Positions 35,393 to 45,599 of a stretch of 64,000 nt of DNA are shown here, piece by piece. Source of the stretch: Puia sp. (GTDB lineage Bacteria; Bacteroidota; Bacteroidia; Chitinophagales; Chitinophagaceae). The stretch's first letter is position 1; each line of letters starts with the position of its first letter. The notes below the pieces were generated by a model. It searched no databases, was not told where the DNA came from, and was given only the letters and a program-made list of their open reading frames with translations. The translations under genes were made by a program, and so were the position numbers. The stretch is taken from positions 55,459 to 119,458 of the forward strand of contig DASRRX010000006.1 of the NCBI GenBank assembly GCA_035695565.1. The letters run 5' to 3'.

Positions 35393-35985
35393 GAAAGACC
35401 GTTATATTGGCAATGGTTTGCGTTTGCATGGCGAGTGTGGGATTTGGGCAGAACCCGGGATTTGCAAAGAGCCCTATAAAATTCCGATCCACGGAATGGG
35501 TTGGGCTTTCGACGGGGATGGCGGGAAGCGCCGGCGAGATCCAGACGGTCAATGGGGTCTCCAAAGGTCCCTGGTTCCTGGGAGCTGGAGCCGGAATAGA
35601 TTATTACCGGTTCCGCAGCGTTCCATTGTTTGGGTCCGTCACAAGGGATATTTCGCTTGGTAAAACGGACTGGTTGTTCCTTTATATAGACGGTGGTATC
35701 AATGTTCCCTGGTATACGCGGAAGGTTGCACCTAACCCAACCGGTTATGATGAAATACTCGGAAGTACTTTCCATGCCGGAGAATATTGGAGCGGTGGGT
35801 TGGGATATCTGTGGAAGCTTGGTGATCATTCGAAAAAGGCGGTATCGATCTCGGCCGGGTATACGGTTAAAAAGCTGAGTGAGGATCAGCGCGTACCAAC
35901 CACGTGTATGAGTCTGAACTGTGATATGGTGCATTATGAATATCTGAACAGGATGTATATGTTCTTGGTCGGGTTCAGGTTCTGA
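35389..35985 (+). CDS. Hypothetical outer-membrane beta-barrel protein
   Basis: Signal peptide, alternating beta strands ([15 protein letters not shown]), C-terminal LVGFRF aromatic terminus; overlaps upstream gene by 4 nt. Confidence 0.65.
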   Translation: MRKTVILAMVCVCMASVGFGQNPGFAKSPIKFRSTEWVGLSTGMAGSAGEIQTVNGVSKGPWFLGAGAGIDYYRFRSVPLFGSVTRDISLGKTDWLFLYIDGGINVPWYTRKVAPNPTGYDEILGSTFHAGEYWSGGLGYLWKLGDHSKKAVSISAGYTVKKLSEDQRVPTTCMSLNCDMVHYEYLNRMYMFLVGFRF

Positions 35986-37024
35986 CTGAAATGAGTGCAG
36001 GGTCAGCGGGATCGCGGGGGACCAGTTGGCCGAAGGGGCGGCAGCATTCGGGGGGAAGGCCATGGGAGCGGAGGAGTTGCGCGACCTCATCGACGGCGTC
36101 GGGAGTGACGGCGATCAGGAGGCCGCCGCTGGTTTGAGGATCGGCGAGGATGGGTTGCTGGGATTCCGAGGATAAGCGGATCTTTTGGCCGTAACTGGCC
36201 CAGTTTCGACCGGTACCGCCGGGCACGCACCCCTGATCCAGATAAATCTGATAACCGGGGATCACCGGTATCTTTTCAAATTCAACGATAGCGGCGAGGC
36301 CGCTGCCTTCACACATTTCGGTCAGGTGGCCCAGCAGGCCAAAGCCGGTTACGTCTGTCATGGCGGTGACCCCGGCGATGCGGCCAAGCGGCTCTCCAAG
36401 CTTATTTAGGGTAACCATGCTGGCAAGAGCGCGGGCGGCGTCCTGTGGGGCGAGCAGTCCCTTCTTTTGTGCGGTGGAGAGGATGCCGACACCGAGGGCC
36501 TTTGTGAGATAGAGACGGGAGCCGGCGGTAGCGGTAGAGTTCTTCCGAATATTTTCGGTTGCGACAATGCCGTTGACGGCGAGGCCGAATACCGGTTCGG
36601 GGCAGTCGATGCTGTGGCCGCCGGCGAGGGAGATGCCGGCTTCAGCGCAGATGGCCCTTGCGCCTTCGAGGACCTGCTGCGCGGTCTCGGGCGGCAGTTT
36701 TTCCACGGGCCAGCCAAGGATAGCGATCGCGAGGATGGGGCGGCCGCCCATCGCATATACGTCGCTGATAGCATTGGCGGAAGCGATACGGCCGAAGTCA
36801 TAGGCATCGTCGACGATGGGCATAAAAAAGTCGGTGGTGGAGATAAGGGCCTGGCCGTTGCCGAGATCATAGACCGCGGCGTCGTCACGGGTATCATTCC
36901 CGACGCGGAGGCGGGGGTCGGCGGGAAAGGCGGTTGCGCTATGCAATATCCTGTCCAGGATGGCGGGGGAAATCTTGCAGCCGCAGCCGGCGCCGTGCGA
37001 ATATTTTGTCAGTTGGATGTTCAT
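35975..37024 (-). CDS. selD: Selenide, water dikinase (Cys form)
   Basis: [66 protein letters not shown]. Confidence 0.97.
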   Translation of the reverse strand: MNIQLTKYSHGAGCGCKISPAILDRILHSATAFPADPRLRVGNDTRDDAAVYDLGNGQALISTTDFFMPIVDDAYDFGRIASANAISDVYAMGGRPILAIAILGWPVEKLPPETAQQVLEGARAICAEAGISLAGGHSIDCPEPVFGLAVNGIVATENIRKNSTATAGSRLYLTKALGVGILSTAQKKGLLAPQDAARALASMVTLNKLGEPLGRIAGVTAMTDVTGFGLLGHLTEMCEGSGLAAIVEFEKIPVIPGYQIYLDQGCVPGGTGRNWASYGQKIRLSSESQQPILADPQTSGGLLIAVTPDAVDEVAQLLRSHGLPPECCRPFGQLVPRDPADPALISVRT

Positions 37025-38055
37025 ATGGGGATAGTATTACGGGCGACGGACAGTAGTTGCGCGGCATTCCTTTCGGAGTCGCCATTTGTGGTGACGATGG
37101 GGATGATATTGCCGGCGATTCTGGTGCTCAGGCCTTTTCGGTAGGTCTTGTCATAATATACCAGGACCTGGCGGATGAAATCGGCCATTCGGTCTTCCCT
37201 GATGGCAAGGATGGCGGATTTGGCTTGTTCGGGGCCGAGGCGTCTGCCGATCCGTTCGGTTGATTCGACCAGGAAATCCTTGTCCAGGCCACCGTATTCT
37301 TCAAGCAGGGCGGCGACACGGTCTTCCGGCGGCACTTGCAGATCGAAGAGGGTGGCGGTGCGAATTTGCGTCCAAAATGGTTTCGGAATAATGCATTTCC
37401 CGATATTCTGGCTCTCGTCCTCGATCCAGATGGGTTGCCGGGGGTTGAATCCGGCCAGTTGGGCTGCCAGGTTGTTCTCGAACTGTTCTTGTGTCGGTTG
37501 TACGAGGCGGTTGAGGGATCCGTAGGCCGAGCCGAGGTGTTGGGCGAGGTCTTCGAGGTCGATAGTCTGTTCGCCCGCTGCCCGAAGCCGGGTAAGGATC
37601 CTGGTCTTTCCCGAGCCGGTCATTCCGCCGATGACGGATAGCGGCCAGGGGCGTTGCCATTGGCGTAGGGCCCAGCGCCGGAAGGACTTGTAGCCGCCGC
37701 GGATGGTGAAGACTTCGAAGCCATAGAGATCGAGAGCCCAGGCCATGGCGGCGCTGCGCATCCCGCCACGCCAGCAATGGAGCGCAATGCGTTTGGCGGG
37801 GGCGAATTCGAGGGCCTGGCGGATGAAGCCGGACCATTTCGGCCCGGTGAGATCGAATCCAAGGAGGATGGCGGCTTCGCGTCCATGTTGTTTATACGTA
37901 GTTCCGACCGCTATCCGTTCTTCATTGCTAAAGAGGGGAATATTGACGGCCCCGGGGATGTGGCCGTGAGCGAATTCCGCGGGGGTTCGGACGTCGGCGA
38001 CCGGGATCCCGGCGGGTAAGGCCAGTAGTTCCTCTATGTTGATGGGACGGGTCAT
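37021..38055 (-). CDS. mnmH: tRNA 2-selenouridine(34) synthase (SelU/YbbB)
   Basis: Rhodanese [23 protein letters not shown]-loop [15 protein letters not shown]; overlaps selD by 4 nt. Confidence 0.96.
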   Translation of the reverse strand: MTRPINIEELLALPAGIPVADVRTPAEFAHGHIPGAVNIPLFSNEERIAVGTTYKQHGREAAILLGFDLTGPKWSGFIRQALEFAPAKRIALHCWRGGMRSAAMAWALDLYGFEVFTIRGGYKSFRRWALRQWQRPWPLSVIGGMTGSGKTRILTRLRAAGEQTIDLEDLAQHLGSAYGSLNRLVQPTQEQFENNLAAQLAGFNPRQPIWIEDESQNIGKCIIPKPFWTQIRTATLFDLQVPPEDRVAALLEEYGGLDKDFLVESTERIGRRLGPEQAKSAILAIREDRMADFIRQVLVYYDKTYRKGLSTRIAGNIIPIVTTNGDSERNAAQLLSVARNTIPI

Positions 38056-38086
38056 CGGTGTAAATATACGGATAGCGGGGTTTCCC

Positions 38087-38094
38087 TAACTTTG
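38087..38094 (+). promoter_or_regulatory. Bacteroidota primary-sigma -7 box
   Basis: TAACTTTG is an exact TAnnTTTG match, 5 nt before ATG 38100. Confidence 0.7.
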
Positions 38095-38099
38095 TTATT

Positions 38100-38528
38100 A
38101 TGAGCAGATCATTAGGAGTCCTTTTAGTTAGTCTACTATTGGCAGTTGGGATCAGCTGCAGTGCGCAGTCGGTCGTCAATACGAAGTGGAAGACGTATTA
38201 TTTGCCGATAACGGATAGCGTAACGATACGTTTTGGGGCGGATAGTATGGCGGTGACGACGAGCACGGGGGCTGCGCTTCTGCAGTCGACCTTCAAGGTC
38301 GAGAAGGATGTGCTCACGCTGCATGATTATGGGGGTGAGAATATGTGTGCGGATCTGGCGGGGTTGTATCATGTGCGGATCATGGCGGACACGTTGATCC
38401 TTATCATGGATCAGGATCCTTGTGATGCGAGGGGTGGGACGCTGATAGCCAAGAGATGGGTAAGGGTGCCGCAGGCGCCGGCGGCGGAGCCGCAGAAGGC
38501 TTCGGCAAGGAAAAAGAAACGGGGATGA
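38100..38528 (+). CDS. Hypothetical secreted protein (lipocalin-like beta fold possible)
   Basis: Signal peptide, Cys pair CADL...DPCDARG, basic tail. Confidence 0.65.
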   Translation: MSRSLGVLLVSLLLAVGISCSAQSVVNTKWKTYYLPITDSVTIRFGADSMAVTTSTGAALLQSTFKVEKDVLTLHDYGGENMCADLAGLYHVRIMADTLILIMDQDPCDARGGTLIAKRWVRVPQAPAAEPQKASARKKKRG

Positions 38529-38541
38529 AGAGACGCGGTAG

Positions 38542-39582
38542 CTACCGGGCCGGGTAGAGCTGCGGCGCAGCATTGAGCATAGGGAACTGCCGTTGGTGCC
38601 AGTAAGGATAGGCCGGCAGGGTTTCGCTGGCCTGATCCAGCCGTTTGACCTGCCCGAGGCTGAGATTCCAGCCTATGGCGCCGAGGTTTTCCTTTAACTG
38701 TTCCGCATTGCGCGCACCGATAATGAGGTTGACCACTGTGGGTCGTTGCAGGAGCCAGTTGAGGGCGACCTGGGCCGCTGTCTTTCCGGTCTCTGTACTG
38801 ATCTGGTCGAGAACATCGACGATATCATAAAGCCGTTCGTCATCCGAGGCGACGCCGAGGACAGGGTTCCCGCCCTGGGCGACGCGGGTGTCTTTAGGCA
38901 GTGGTTTGCCGCGGCGGTACTTGCCCGTGAGCTTGCCGCTGGATAACGGGCTCCAGACGATGGTACCGATGTGCTGGTCGATGGCCAGGGGCATGAGCTC
39001 CCATTCGTAATCGCGATGGAGGAGGGAGTAATAGGCCTGGTGGGCAACGTATTTCGACCAGCCGTATCGTTCGGAGATGCTCAGCGATTTCATCAGATGC
39101 CAGCCGGAGAAATTGGAGCAGGCGATATAGCGAACTTTTCCGCTGGAGACCAGGTGATCGAGCGCTTTGAGGGTTTCATCGACGGGGGTATTGGCATCGA
39201 ATCCGTGCATGTGGTAGATGTCGATATGGTCGGTGCCGAGACGACGAAGACTTTCCTCACATGCTTTAAGAAGGAAGAGGCGGGAGGATCCGAAGTCGTT
39301 GACCTCGGCGGACATTGGGAAGGTGGCTTTGGTGGAGATAAGCAATTTGTCGCGGCGGCCCTTGATCGCCTGGCCGAGGATCTGCTCGGCGGCGCCAATG
39401 CTGTATACATTAGCCGTGTCGAAGAGGTTGACTCCCGCTTCGAGGCATTTATCGACGAGACGGGTAGCTTCGTCTACCTGGGTATTGCCCCAGGCTTTAA
39501 AGAATTCCGTTCCGCCGCCGAAAGTACCGGTGCCGTAGCTAAGTACGGGGATGCGAATGCCGCCCAATTGTCTATATTCCAT
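38542..39582 (-). CDS. Aldo/keto reductase
   Basis: GVNLFDTANVYS (D, Y), ISTK (K), DIYHMH, VWSPL, NWLL, IIGARNAEQLKENL. Confidence 0.95.
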   Translation of the reverse strand: MEYRQLGGIRIPVLSYGTGTFGGGTEFFKAWGNTQVDEATRLVDKCLEAGVNLFDTANVYSIGAAEQILGQAIKGRRDKLLISTKATFPMSAEVNDFGSSRLFLLKACEESLRRLGTDHIDIYHMHGFDANTPVDETLKALDHLVSSGKVRYIACSNFSGWHLMKSLSISERYGWSKYVAHQAYYSLLHRDYEWELMPLAIDQHIGTIVWSPLSSGKLTGKYRRGKPLPKDTRVAQGGNPVLGVASDDERLYDIVDVLDQISTETGKTAAQVALNWLLQRPTVVNLIIGARNAEQLKENLGAIGWNLSLGQVKRLDQASETLPAYPYWHQRQFPMLNAAPQLYPAR

Positions 39583-39665
39583 GTTGTCTTTTTGTAAAGT
39601 TACGAATTTGAGCACGCGGCTTCAGGATGGGGGATTGGCGGCGGGTTTGGCGGTTAGGATTCTTG

Positions 39666-39673
39666 TACCTTTG
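39666..39673 (+). promoter_or_regulatory. Bacteroidota primary-sigma -7 box
   Basis: TACCTTTG is an exact match, 4 nt before ATG 39678. Confidence 0.7.
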
Positions 39674-39677
39674 TTCC

Positions 39678-39902
39678 ATGGGAAAGAATCTGGGTCTATA
39701 TATACTTATTCTGGGGGTAATCTTTGTGGTGGCGGGGCTTATTATCTACTTTTTTCACGACAAGCTAGGTTGGATCGGGCGGTTGCCGGGGGACATCCGG
39801 GTCGAGCGGCCGGGATTCCGGTTGTATATTCCCGTCGTGACCATGCTGGCGGTGAGTGTGGTGTTGTCATTGGTGTTGTGGTTGATCAGGAAGATTGGGT
39901 GA
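39678..39902 (+). CDS. DUF2905 small membrane protein
   Basis: MGK..IILG....IGRLPGDIRVERPGFRLYIPVVTMLAVSVVLS. Confidence 0.9.
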   Translation: MGKNLGLYILILGVIFVVAGLIIYFFHDKLGWIGRLPGDIRVERPGFRLYIPVVTMLAVSVVLSLVLWLIRKIG

Positions 39903-41106
39903 AGGTATCCATCAGAAATTTTCGGATGTGCATGTGTTTGATGCCTTCATACGTATTTCCGGAAAATTGATCTTCGCTCACGACTATTTTAGGATAATTA
40001 TCGGGAATGGCCAGGAGGTTTCCAAATTCCCGATCGATCGTAGTATCTCCGCCCAGTTGGAGGGCCACCTGAATATATAGACGTTCGTGTTCTCTTTCGC
40101 AAACAAAGTCAATTTCTTTTTCCCGGAGAGCGCCTACCTTGACATCATATCCCAAATATAATAGATGATTATACACCAAGTTTTCCAGCAACTTACCCCG
40201 ATCTGCTGGCCGGTATCCAATGATCGAATTTCTGATTCCCGTGTTCTCAAAATAAAATTTTGTGCCGATCTCAAATATTCTGCGACCAATTAGATCGTAT
40301 CGGGCAGCTTCATGTATGATGAAGGCATTTGCTAAATGCGCACAATATTGCTGAATTTGATTAGGTGCAATATTCGTACGCTGGGATTTCAGAAAATCAC
40401 TTATTCGCTTAGCTGAAAACAGGTTTCCAATGTTGTCGGCAAGAAATTGAAGCAATCTTTCCAAAATATGGCTATTGCGCAAATTATAGCGGCTTATGAC
40501 ATCTCTATAAATAATCGTATTGTAAATGCCATTGAGATATCCAAAGGCGTCATCATTTAGATTCAAATGGATCAAGTAGGGTAATCCGCCAAATTTGATA
40601 TAAGATTCCAGTGTTTGATCATTGTCTTCCAGTTGATGAAATTGGAGAAACTCGGGGTAAGCAAGGCTGTATACATTAAACTCTATATATCGACCGCTCA
40701 AATAGGTAGCTAACTCGCCGGATAATAGATTGGCGTTACTGCCGGTGATATAAATGTCATTATTGAGGTCCAGAAGGAGAGATCGTAGAGCGTTTTCAAA
40801 TTCGGCAATATCCTGAATTTCGTCTATGAAAATATAATTGGGAGCGGTGACGATAGAATGGGATAAAATATATTCATTCAGTGTGGTAGCGTCCCGAATA
40901 TGATCGAATTTTAAGTCTTCCTTATTAATGTAAATAATATTTGCCTTTGGATTCTGTGATCGAATCTGTTGAATAAGTTGAAATAGCAGAAAACTTTTTC
41001 CGACCCTCCTTTGACCTGATAAGACCTTAATCAGGTTCTTTCGAACGAAGGGTTGAATTCGTTCCAGGTAGACATTTCGTGGGACAATTTTATTGGGAAA
41101 TTCCAT
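39886..41106 (-). CDS. AAA_14 ATPase with DUF4143 C-terminal domain
   Basis: SGQRRVGKS, YIFIDEIQ, ITGSN, LSGRY, GGLP, ENLV, EIDFV; AT-rich codon usage. Confidence 0.92.
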   Translation of the reverse strand: MEFPNKIVPRNVYLERIQPFVRKNLIKVLSGQRRVGKSFLLFQLIQQIRSQNPKANIIYINKEDLKFDHIRDATTLNEYILSHSIVTAPNYIFIDEIQDIAEFENALRSLLLDLNNDIYITGSNANLLSGELATYLSGRYIEFNVYSLAYPEFLQFHQLEDNDQTLESYIKFGGLPYLIHLNLNDDAFGYLNGIYNTIIYRDVISRYNLRNSHILERLLQFLADNIGNLFSAKRISDFLKSQRTNIAPNQIQQYCAHLANAFIIHEAARYDLIGRRIFEIGTKFYFENTGIRNSIIGYRPADRGKLLENLVYNHLLYLGYDVKVGALREKEIDFVCEREHERLYIQVALQLGGDTTIDREFGNLLAIPDNYPKIVVSEDQFSGNTYEGIKHMHIRKFLMDTFTQSS

Positions 41107-41453
41107 TTATAATGATAAAGATATAACAAATCTTGTAAATTATAAGTATAAATATAACTTGAATAAAAAATTTTAAACTTATACGTATATTTATAAATCA
41201 ATTCATTGATAATCAACGGACATCACGACAGTCATATTGAAACAGATTACATTTTCAAATAAGATCTTTTGAGCAACGTAGGCTGCCCAGATTAAGTAGA
41301 ATATGCCAACAAATTGGCGCTATTGATCCAGATCATAGATAAAATATTACAAAAAACTAAGCATAAACACCTATGGTCAGTCAAATACATTGAATAATAG
41401 ATATTTCGTATGCGGAAGGTCGCGTTTTTGAGGGTGACCCCTAATCGTCAAAA

Positions 41454-44400
41454 ATGAGGCTTGTCCAATATCCACTCTTTCTCGTGCTTCAGCTTGCCGC
41501 CTATCTTGCCTATGCGCAGCCCGGCAATTTGAAGTTTGCCCATATCGGTACGGAGGCTGGCTTGTCCCAGAACAATGTCACCTGCATCCTGCGGGACCGG
41601 CAGGGCTTTATGTGGTTCGGGACGCGGGATGGGCTTAACCGTTATGACGGCTACGATTTTGATGTGTATAAGAATATTCCGGAAGACTCGCTGAGCCTGA
41701 GCAGCAACTTCGTCACTTCGATCATGCAGGACCGGAAGGGCAATATCTGGGTAGGGACCTGGGGCGGAGGAGTTGATCGGTTCGATGTCGGCAAACGACG
41801 TTTCATCCGCTATGGGGGAGTGGTCCATTCGGATTTCATCAATTCATTAATGGAAGACAGTGAAGGGCGGATCTGGATCGGCTCCAACGATCATGGAGTA
41901 TGGGTGTATGATCCGCAGACAGGAAAAGTCGCCTTATTGACCTCAACGGCTACTGATCCGGGCAGCCTGAGCGATAACGATGTACAAACCATCCTGGAGG
42001 ATCACGAACACCGCATCTGGATCGGCACCTCGCATGGCGGCCTGAACCTTTATGACCCCACAACGCATTCTTTCCGCATCTTCGAGCACCACGACGGCGA
42101 TCCGGGTTCGCTGGCTTGCAATACGATCGCGCGATTGTTCGAGGACGGTCAGCACCGCTTATGGATCGGCATGCGGGATGGCGGGCTGGATCTGTATGAT
42201 GCGCAGCACCGAACATTCCGGCATTTCCGGAACGATCCGGGGAATCCAAACAGCCTCGCGAAAAATGTGGTGCTTTCACTGGCGAATGACGATAAGGGCA
42301 ACTTATGGATCGGTACGGAGAATGGGGGCATCAGCATCCTCGATCCGGACCTGAAGACATTCCGGACCTATGCGCATGACGATATAGACAATACCAGTCT
42401 TACCAATAATTCCATCTATTCCTTGTATCCGGACCTGTATGGAAATATGTGGGTCGGTACCTACGATGGGGGGATCAATCTCTTTTCCAGGAGCGCCAAT
42501 ACCTTTGCCCATTATAAACACAGCACTTCTGCGGAGAGCCTTTCCAATAATTATGTGCTCGACATCCTGGAGGACAAGGATCATTTGTGGGTGGGGACGG
42601 ATGGCGGCGGGCTTGATGAGATGGACTGCAAGACAGGAAAGTTCACGCATTTTTTCCCCGGAGCGCCTGACGGGAGGAGCATCGGCGGGAGCAATGTGCT
42701 TAGCCTGTATGACGATGAAGCGGGTAATTTGTGGGCCGGGACCTGGGGAAATGGGATTACGGTGATCGGGAAGAATGGAAAGGTTGTAAAGCAATACAAG
42801 CATTCCGACACAGACAGTACCAGCCTGGGTGGGAACAATGTCTATTCGATCATAGACGATGGCGAGGGGATCGTCTGGGTCGCTACCTATGGTGACGGCC
42901 TGAGCCAGTTCAATACAAAGACCGGGGGGTTTCATCATTACAAACATGTGGCGACGGACCCCAACAGTCCCGGGAGCGACCGTCTTCATACGCTACTGTC
43001 GGACAGTAATGGCATACTCTGGATCGGCACCTTTGACGGCGGGTTGGACAGGCTTGACGAGTATACCGGAATATTCAAACATTTTGTGCATGAGCCGGGC
43101 AAGAACAGCCTCAGCAACAATACGGTGAACTATGTCTATGCTGACAGCCGGCACAACCTGTGGATCTGCACGGCAGATGGATTGAACTGTCTGGACCGGA
43201 AGACGGGTCATTTTACTCTCTATGGGATCAAAGACGGTCTTCCAAGCTCGGTGATCTTCGGCATCCTGGAGGACAAAAACCGAAAGCTATGGGTGAGTAC
43301 GAACAACGGGCTTTCGCGGTTCGATCCGGAGACCCGTCAATTCAAAAATTTCTCCGTGGCGGACGGATTGCAATCCAACCAGTTCAAGGCGCATGCCTGT
43401 TACAAGAGCCCATCGGGGGCATTGTATTTTGGCGGGGTGAACGGTTTTTCTAAATTCTATCCTGATAGTATCCGGGACAATCCGTTCGACCCGCCGCTAC
43501 TGATCACGGGGTTCTCGATCTTCAATAAGGATGTGCCTATAGGAGATTCGGCGCACCCCACGCCGTTGTCGCAAGATATTACGATGACGAAGAATATCCG
43601 GATACCCTATAACAGCTCGGTCATATCGTTCGAATTCGGGTCGTTGAACTACACGGTGCCGGAGAAGAAGCATTATGCCTACCGGCTGGATGGTTTCGAT
43701 GACGCATGGAATGATGTGGGCACCAAGCGAACGGCCACCTATACGAACCTCGACCCGGGAACTTATACATTCCAGGTGAAGGGCTGGGATAATGACGGAA
43801 ACTGGTCCCCTACAGTAGCAAGTCTAACCCTGACGGTCACCCCTCCTTTCTGGCAAACATGGTGGTTCCGGCTACTCGCGACGATCCAGATCGCGGGGGC
43901 GATAATCCTGGTGTTCCGATTGAGGCTTCATACGGTGAAGACCCAAAAGAAAAAACTGGAGGCGGAGGTAGATCAGCGGACCAATCAGCTGGCATTGTCA
44001 AGGGATGAGGAACGACGGGCGCGGGAACAGGCGGAAAAAGCGAGCCGTGCCAAAAGCGAATTCATGGCCAATATCAGCCATGAGCTGCGGACGCCCATGA
44101 ATGCCATTATCGGATTCACGGACCTGGTGCTGACCACAGAGTTGCAACGGCCACAGCGGGAGTACCTGCAGAATGTGCATAGATCCGGCTATAATCTGCT
44201 GGGCATTATCAATGATATCCTGGACTATTCAAAATTGGAAGCGGGTAAGCTTACCATCGAGAATACGGCGTTCAAGCTTTGCCAGCTAGTCGAGCAGACG
44301 GTGGATACGCTGGCGATAAAGGCATTCGAGAAAAAGCTGGAGCTGATCTGCGAGACCGATCCGTTGCTGCCGATCCAGGTCATGGGCGACCCGGGGCGGA

Positions 44401-45599
44401 TACAACAGATCCTGGTGAACCTGCTTGGGAATGCCATCAAGTTCACGGAGAAGGGTGAAGTGGTGGTCTCGCTGGAGCGGGGTTCGGTCATCCAGGGAAG
44501 CGATGGCCGGAGGCTTCAACCCGTTACCTTATCGGTGAAAGATACAGGGATCGGCATTCCGAAAGAAAAAGTGGACCACATCTTCGAAAGTTTCACCCAG
44601 GCGGATTCCACGACGACGCGTAAGTATGGCGGTACCGGTCTGGGGCTGACTATCGCGAGAAACCTGGCGGAAATGATGGATGGGTCGCTGGAAGTTAAAA
44701 GTGAACCAGGGAAAGGGAGCACCTTCACACTGAGGCTGACGTTGGAGATCATGGATGAGATGTCGACGGTTCCCGCGATACAACGACCGGTCCTGAAGCG
44801 GGTGCTGGTCGTGGACGATAATATCACCAATTGTCATTTGCTGGAAAACATCTTCCATTACATGAGCGTCGAATGTACTACCTGTACGAGCGGACCAAGG
44901 GCGTTGGAGATCCTTTCGGGAATGCGGGATGAGGAGGCGTTCGATCTGATCGTGACGGATCATCAGATGCCGATCATGGATGGGGTCACGCTGGTCGGAA
45001 AGATCAAGGAGCTGCTGGCGGGGCGGCGGCAACCGTTTATCCTGATGTTGTCGTCGCTGGATAAGGAGATGTGCGTCGAAGATGCGGAACAGCTGGGGAT
45101 CGATATGTTCCTGTCCAAGCCGGTGAAGTTGCCGGAGCTGAACAACATCCTGCAGGCGGTATTTGGGCCCGCGCAGGAAAGCCGGACGGGCGCCGAGGCG
45201 AAGCCGGAGATCCATAAGCTGACGGATCATGCAAAGATATTGGTGGCCGAGGACGAGCCGGTGAACATGCTGCTGATCTCGGAGGTGTTGGGTAAGATGG
45301 GTTTCCAGGTCATCAAAGCATCGAATGGCAAACAAGTACTGGAGCTGCTTGCCGATCATCACCCGGCGGTGATCCTGATGGATGTGAATATGCCGGAGAT
45401 GGACGGGTTGGAGGCGACGCAGATCATCCGGGCCCTCCCACAGCCACAACGCAACATCCCCATTGTGGCGTTGACCGCCGGCGCGATGAGCGAGGACCGG
45501 GAGCGGTGCCTGGGTGCGGGAATGAATAGCTTTATCTCCAAGCCTTTCCGGTTAGAGGAGATAGAAGGGGTTTTGAAAAAATATGTCAAGGTTGCATGA
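41454..45599 (+). CDS. Hybrid sensor histidine kinase: periplasmic beta-propeller/Y_Y_Y, HisKA, HATPase, two receiver domains
   Basis: GLSQNNV..QDRQGFMWFGT.DGLNRYDG repeats, YTNLDPGTYTF, TM PPFWQTWWFR, ISHELRTPMNAI, GGTGLGL, VLVVDDN and ILVAEDE; no AraC domain. Confidence 0.96.
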   Translation: MRLVQYPLFLVLQLAAYLAYAQPGNLKFAHIGTEAGLSQNNVTCILRDRQGFMWFGTRDGLNRYDGYDFDVYKNIPEDSLSLSSNFVTSIMQDRKGNIWVGTWGGGVDRFDVGKRRFIRYGGVVHSDFINSLMEDSEGRIWIGSNDHGVWVYDPQTGKVALLTSTATDPGSLSDNDVQTILEDHEHRIWIGTSHGGLNLYDPTTHSFRIFEHHDGDPGSLACNTIARLFEDGQHRLWIGMRDGGLDLYDAQHRTFRHFRNDPGNPNSLAKNVVLSLANDDKGNLWIGTENGGISILDPDLKTFRTYAHDDIDNTSLTNNSIYSLYPDLYGNMWVGTYDGGINLFSRSANTFAHYKHSTSAESLSNNYVLDILEDKDHLWVGTDGGGLDEMDCKTGKFTHFFPGAPDGRSIGGSNVLSLYDDEAGNLWAGTWGNGITVIGKNGKVVKQYKHSDTDSTSLGGNNVYSIIDDGEGIVWVATYGDGLSQFNTKTGGFHHYKHVATDPNSPGSDRLHTLLSDSNGILWIGTFDGGLDRLDEYTGIFKHFVHEPGKNSLSNNTVNYVYADSRHNLWICTADGLNCLDRKTGHFTLYGIKDGLPSSVIFGILEDKNRKLWVSTNNGLSRFDPETRQFKNFSVADGLQSNQFKAHACYKSPSGALYFGGVNGFSKFYPDSIRDNPFDPPLLITGFSIFNKDVPIGDSAHPTPLSQDITMTKNIRIPYNSSVISFEFGSLNYTVPEKKHYAYRLDGFDDAWNDVGTKRTATYTNLDPGTYTFQVKGWDNDGNWSPTVASLTLTVTPPFWQTWWFRLLATIQIAGAIILVFRLRLHTVKTQKKKLEAEVDQRTNQLALSRDEERRAREQAEKASRAKSEFMANISHELRTPMNAIIGFTDLVLTTELQRPQREYLQNVHRSGYNLLGIINDILDYSKLEAGKLTIENTAFKLCQLVEQTVDTLAIKAFEKKLELICETDPLLPIQVMGDPGRIQQILVNLLGNAIKFTEKGEVVVSLERGSVIQGSDGRRLQPVTLSVKDTGIGIPKEKVDHIFESFTQADSTTTRKYGGTGLGLTIARNLAEMMDGSLEVKSEPGKGSTFTLRLTLEIMDEMSTVPAIQRPVLKRVLVVDDNITNCHLLENIFHYMSVECTTCTSGPRALEILSGMRDEEAFDLIVTDHQMPIMDGVTLVGKIKELLAGRRQPFILMLSSLDKEMCVEDAEQLGIDMFLSKPVKLPELNNILQAVFGPAQESRTGAEAKPEIHKLTDHAKILVAEDEPVNMLLISEVLGKMGFQVIKASNGKQVLELLADHHPAVILMDVNMPEMDGLEATQIIRALPQPQRNIPIVALTAGAMSEDRERCLGAGMNSFISKPFRLEEIEGVLKKYVKVA

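Noticed and set aside
41107-41453. Small ORF, IS end or ncRNA in the AT-rich gap
   Set aside because: Only short interrupted frames and a trivial GGGTGACCC near-palindrome; no convincing inverted repeats or RNA motif.
41454-45599. Classical Bacteroidota HTCS polysaccharide-utilisation regulator
   Set aside because: No C-terminal AraC domain and no adjacent susC/susD pair.
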